Positions 18,054-19,927 of a stretch of 19,927 bases of DNA are shown here, one piece after another. The position numbers were made by a program, and so were the translations under genes. The notes below the pieces were generated by a model. The model was not told where the DNA came from, ran no database searches, and saw only the letters and a program-made list of their open reading frames with translations. The DNA is from a bacterium (GTDB taxonomy: Bacteria > Bacteroidota > Ignavibacteria > UBA10030). Positions within the stretch are counted from its first letter, which is position 1; each line of letters opens with the position of its first letter. The DNA is taken from assembly GCA_043803945.1 (NCBI GenBank), contig JAZDJN010000050.1:1-19927 (forward strand), given 5' to 3'.

Positions 18054-19926
18054 ATTCTGTCGGCACAATCGACAGCAGATCCTCGATCCCCGTTGGCGTT
18101 GTGGTCGTGACTGTAAATGCATTCGCCAGGATCGCAGGTCCTCCGCCCGGCGTTTTATTCGTGACCGTCAGTGTCCGTGCTCCCGTTGTGGCTGTGGCAC
18201 TAATCGAGATGCTCGCCGTCAGTTGTGTCGGACTGGTGACGGTAAGTGTATTCACCGTGACGTCGCTGCCCAGGTCGATTGTGGTAACCGTCTGCTCAAA
18301 GTTCGTACCGCTAATAGTGAGATTGAGCTTACTCCCACGGCCTGCTTGATTCGGTGCAACTGCGGTTACCGTTGGAAGTGCATAGCCAACAGTGAAGCCA
18401 TCGGTGAGCGAGATCGTGCCACCACCCGGTGCCGCATTGGTGACCGATACAGCACGAGCACCAACAGTTGCAGTCGGAGCGATGACGACCGATGCCGTCA
18501 ATTGAATCGGACTTGTAACTGTTGTCGTGGAGACCGTGATATCCGCGCCAAAGTTCACCGTCGTGACGCCCATGATGAAGTTCGTGCCAGTCAGTGTCAC
18601 CGCGACCGTCTGTCCGCGCAGACCCAGCGCCGGAGTGAGGCTTGTGAGCGTTGGAGCTGGATTGCCGACTGTAAATTGGCCAGATAATGTCACGGTGCCA
18701 CCACCAGGAGCAGCATTCGTTACTACGATATCACGAACTCCAGGAGTGGCGGTAAGTCCGATTGCGATCTCAGCGGTGAGCAGCGTATCAGATGATATTG
18801 TGAGTGTATTTACTGTAATATTCGATCCCACACTGAGTGTGGTTACTCCAGTAATAAATCCTGAACCGCGCAGTGTTATTGAGAGCGTTTGGCCTCGACT
18901 GCCGGTTGTTGGTAAGACAGCAAGTGCTTTCGGCGCCGGATTTCCAGAGACACTAAAGCCATTACTCAATTGTGTTTCCCCTCCACCAGGTGCAGCATTA
19001 ATAACCTTGATCATCCTTGTACCAATAGCGGCTGCCACACTGATCTTGATCCGTGATCTCAACTCCGTAGTGCTTGTGATCGTCGTTGAGAGAACAGAAA
19101 TATCGGGACCGAAATCAACCGAAGTAATCCCATCGAAGAAGTTCGTACCAGTTACTGTGACCTCCAATGTCTCAAGCCGCAGTCCTGAAACGGGAGCAAG
19201 ACTAACGATCGTTGCCAATGGATTGTTGATAGCAAACTGTTTGCTTAAGGTCGCACTTCCTCCACCCGGAGGTGCGTTGGTCACAATCACATCACGAGGG
19301 CCTGTAGCTGCATCGAGCGCAACTGTGACACTCGCTGTCAACTGTGTTCCACTATTTACAGTCGTCGTGTTCACCGTGATGCCGGTGCCGAAACTCACTT
19401 CGGTCACTCCGGTCTGGAAGTCGCTTCCCGTGATGACCACATCCAGCGTTTGACCACGATTCGCAACAGCAGGTGCAATCGCTGCCACTGTCGGAAGTGG
19501 ATTCCCTATCACGTTCAGCACATTCGTTAACGTTGCTGCACCTCCACCAGGACTCGGATTTGTTACCGATACCGTTCGTGCTCCCGGCACTGCACTCGAT
19601 GGTATGACAATAGTCGCTGTGAGCTGTGTCGGTGAATTCACCGTAACTGACTGCACTGTCCCATTCGGAACCACACTGACTGACGTCACTCCGGATAGGA
19701 AATTCGTACCAGTGAGTGTCAATGTGAATGTCTGTCCAAGTGTCACTGTCGTCGGTGCAATCGAGGATAAGGTGGGTATTGGATTCACAACAACGAGAGC
19801 CGCAGTTTGTACTGCACTTCCTCCTCCCGGTGAAGGATTTGTTATCGTCATCGAGACAGGTCCGGAGGCTGCTGCCGCGGGAACTGTAATATACACCGTC
19901 GCTTGCGTCGCGGTGTTCACCTTCAC
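17779..19926 (-). CDS. Large secreted Ig-like (IPT/TIG-type) repeat protein with T9SS-type C-terminal domain; 5'-partial
   Basis: Frame is open to the right edge. Six full and one partial ~94-aa Thr/Val-rich repeats (NP.PT....P..G.RG.T....TG.NF..GVT...TN.APGGG). Ends AYPNPFNPST..KKVILIK. Confidence 0.92.
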   Translation of the reverse strand: MKVNTATQATVYITVPAAAASGPVSMTITNPSPGGGSAVQTAALVVVNPIPTLSSIAPTTVTLGQTFTLTLTGTNFLSGVTSVSVVPNGTVQSVTVNSPTQLTATIVIPSSAVPGARTVSVTNPSPGGGAATLTNVLNVIGNPLPTVAAIAPAVANRGQTLDVVITGSDFQTGVTEVSFGTGITVNTTTVNSGTQLTASVTVALDAATGPRDVIVTNAPPGGGSATLSKQFAINNPLATIVSLAPVSGLRLETLEVTVTGTNFFDGITSVDFGPDISVLSTTITSTTELRSRIKISVAAAIGTRMIKVINAAPGGGETQLSNGFSVSGNPAPKALAVLPTTGSRGQTLSITLRGSGFITGVTTLSVGSNITVNTLTISSDTLLTAEIAIGLTATPGVRDIVVTNAAPGGGTVTLSGQFTVGNPAPTLTSLTPALGLRGQTVAVTLTGTNFIMGVTTVNFGADITVSTTTVTSPIQLTASVVIAPTATVGARAVSVTNAAPGGGTISLTDGFTVGYALPTVTAVAPNQAGRGSKLNLTISGTNFEQTVTTIDLGSDVTVNTLTVTSPTQLTASISISATATTGARTLTVTNKTPGGGPAILANAFTVTTTTPTGIEDLLSIVPTEFILHEAYPNPFNPSTKIRFGIPERSKVRLEVVNMLGKVVAELIDGERSQGYYEVRWVANGQPSGIYLVRLFTESVESTQRYVASKKVILIK

Positions 19927-19927
19927 C

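Noticed and set aside
18527-19453. 308-aa plus-strand ORF (also 15058..15705)
   Set aside because: Mirror of Thr/Val/Gly-rich repeats whose codons rarely create antisense stops.
14478-19927. CRISPR array or diversity-generating retroelement behind the repeats
   Set aside because: The repeats are protein-coding and degenerate, differences between the two sorting-domain copies are not adenine-specific, and there is no reverse transcriptase or cas gene in the window.

Overview
Bacterial chromosomal window, probably from an Ignavibacteria/Bacteroidota-like organism (three proteins end in a PNPFNPxT T9SS-type sorting domain). All real genes are on the minus strand. The core is a repeated unit of glutamate dehydrogenase, intrinsic terminator and a ~1000-aa receiver-domain / PPDK-type ATP-grasp / phospho-His swivel protein. 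It occurs twice (9323-14202 and 1064-5515) and is followed by a small CxxC-x19-CxxC protein and a third, family-II GDH that the ORF track missed because it runs off the left edge. The two family-I GDHs carry different cofactor fingerprints (NADP-type and C. symbiosum NAD-type). An AT-richer pair of genes lies between the two units: a beta-propeller lipoprotein and a frameshifted metallopeptidase-like T9SS cargo. The right end holds two secreted Ig-repeat proteins with nearly identical C-terminal sorting domains. Intergenic regions contain terminators, REP/MITE-like repeats, a perfect 24-bp palindrome upstream of one gdh, and a plus-strand hairpin series that may be an sRNA. The best candidate for an undescribed system is the GDH-linked receiver-dikinase, which lacks the pyruvate-binding barrel of true PEP synthase. 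All domain calls come from motif reading by eye; no searches were run.
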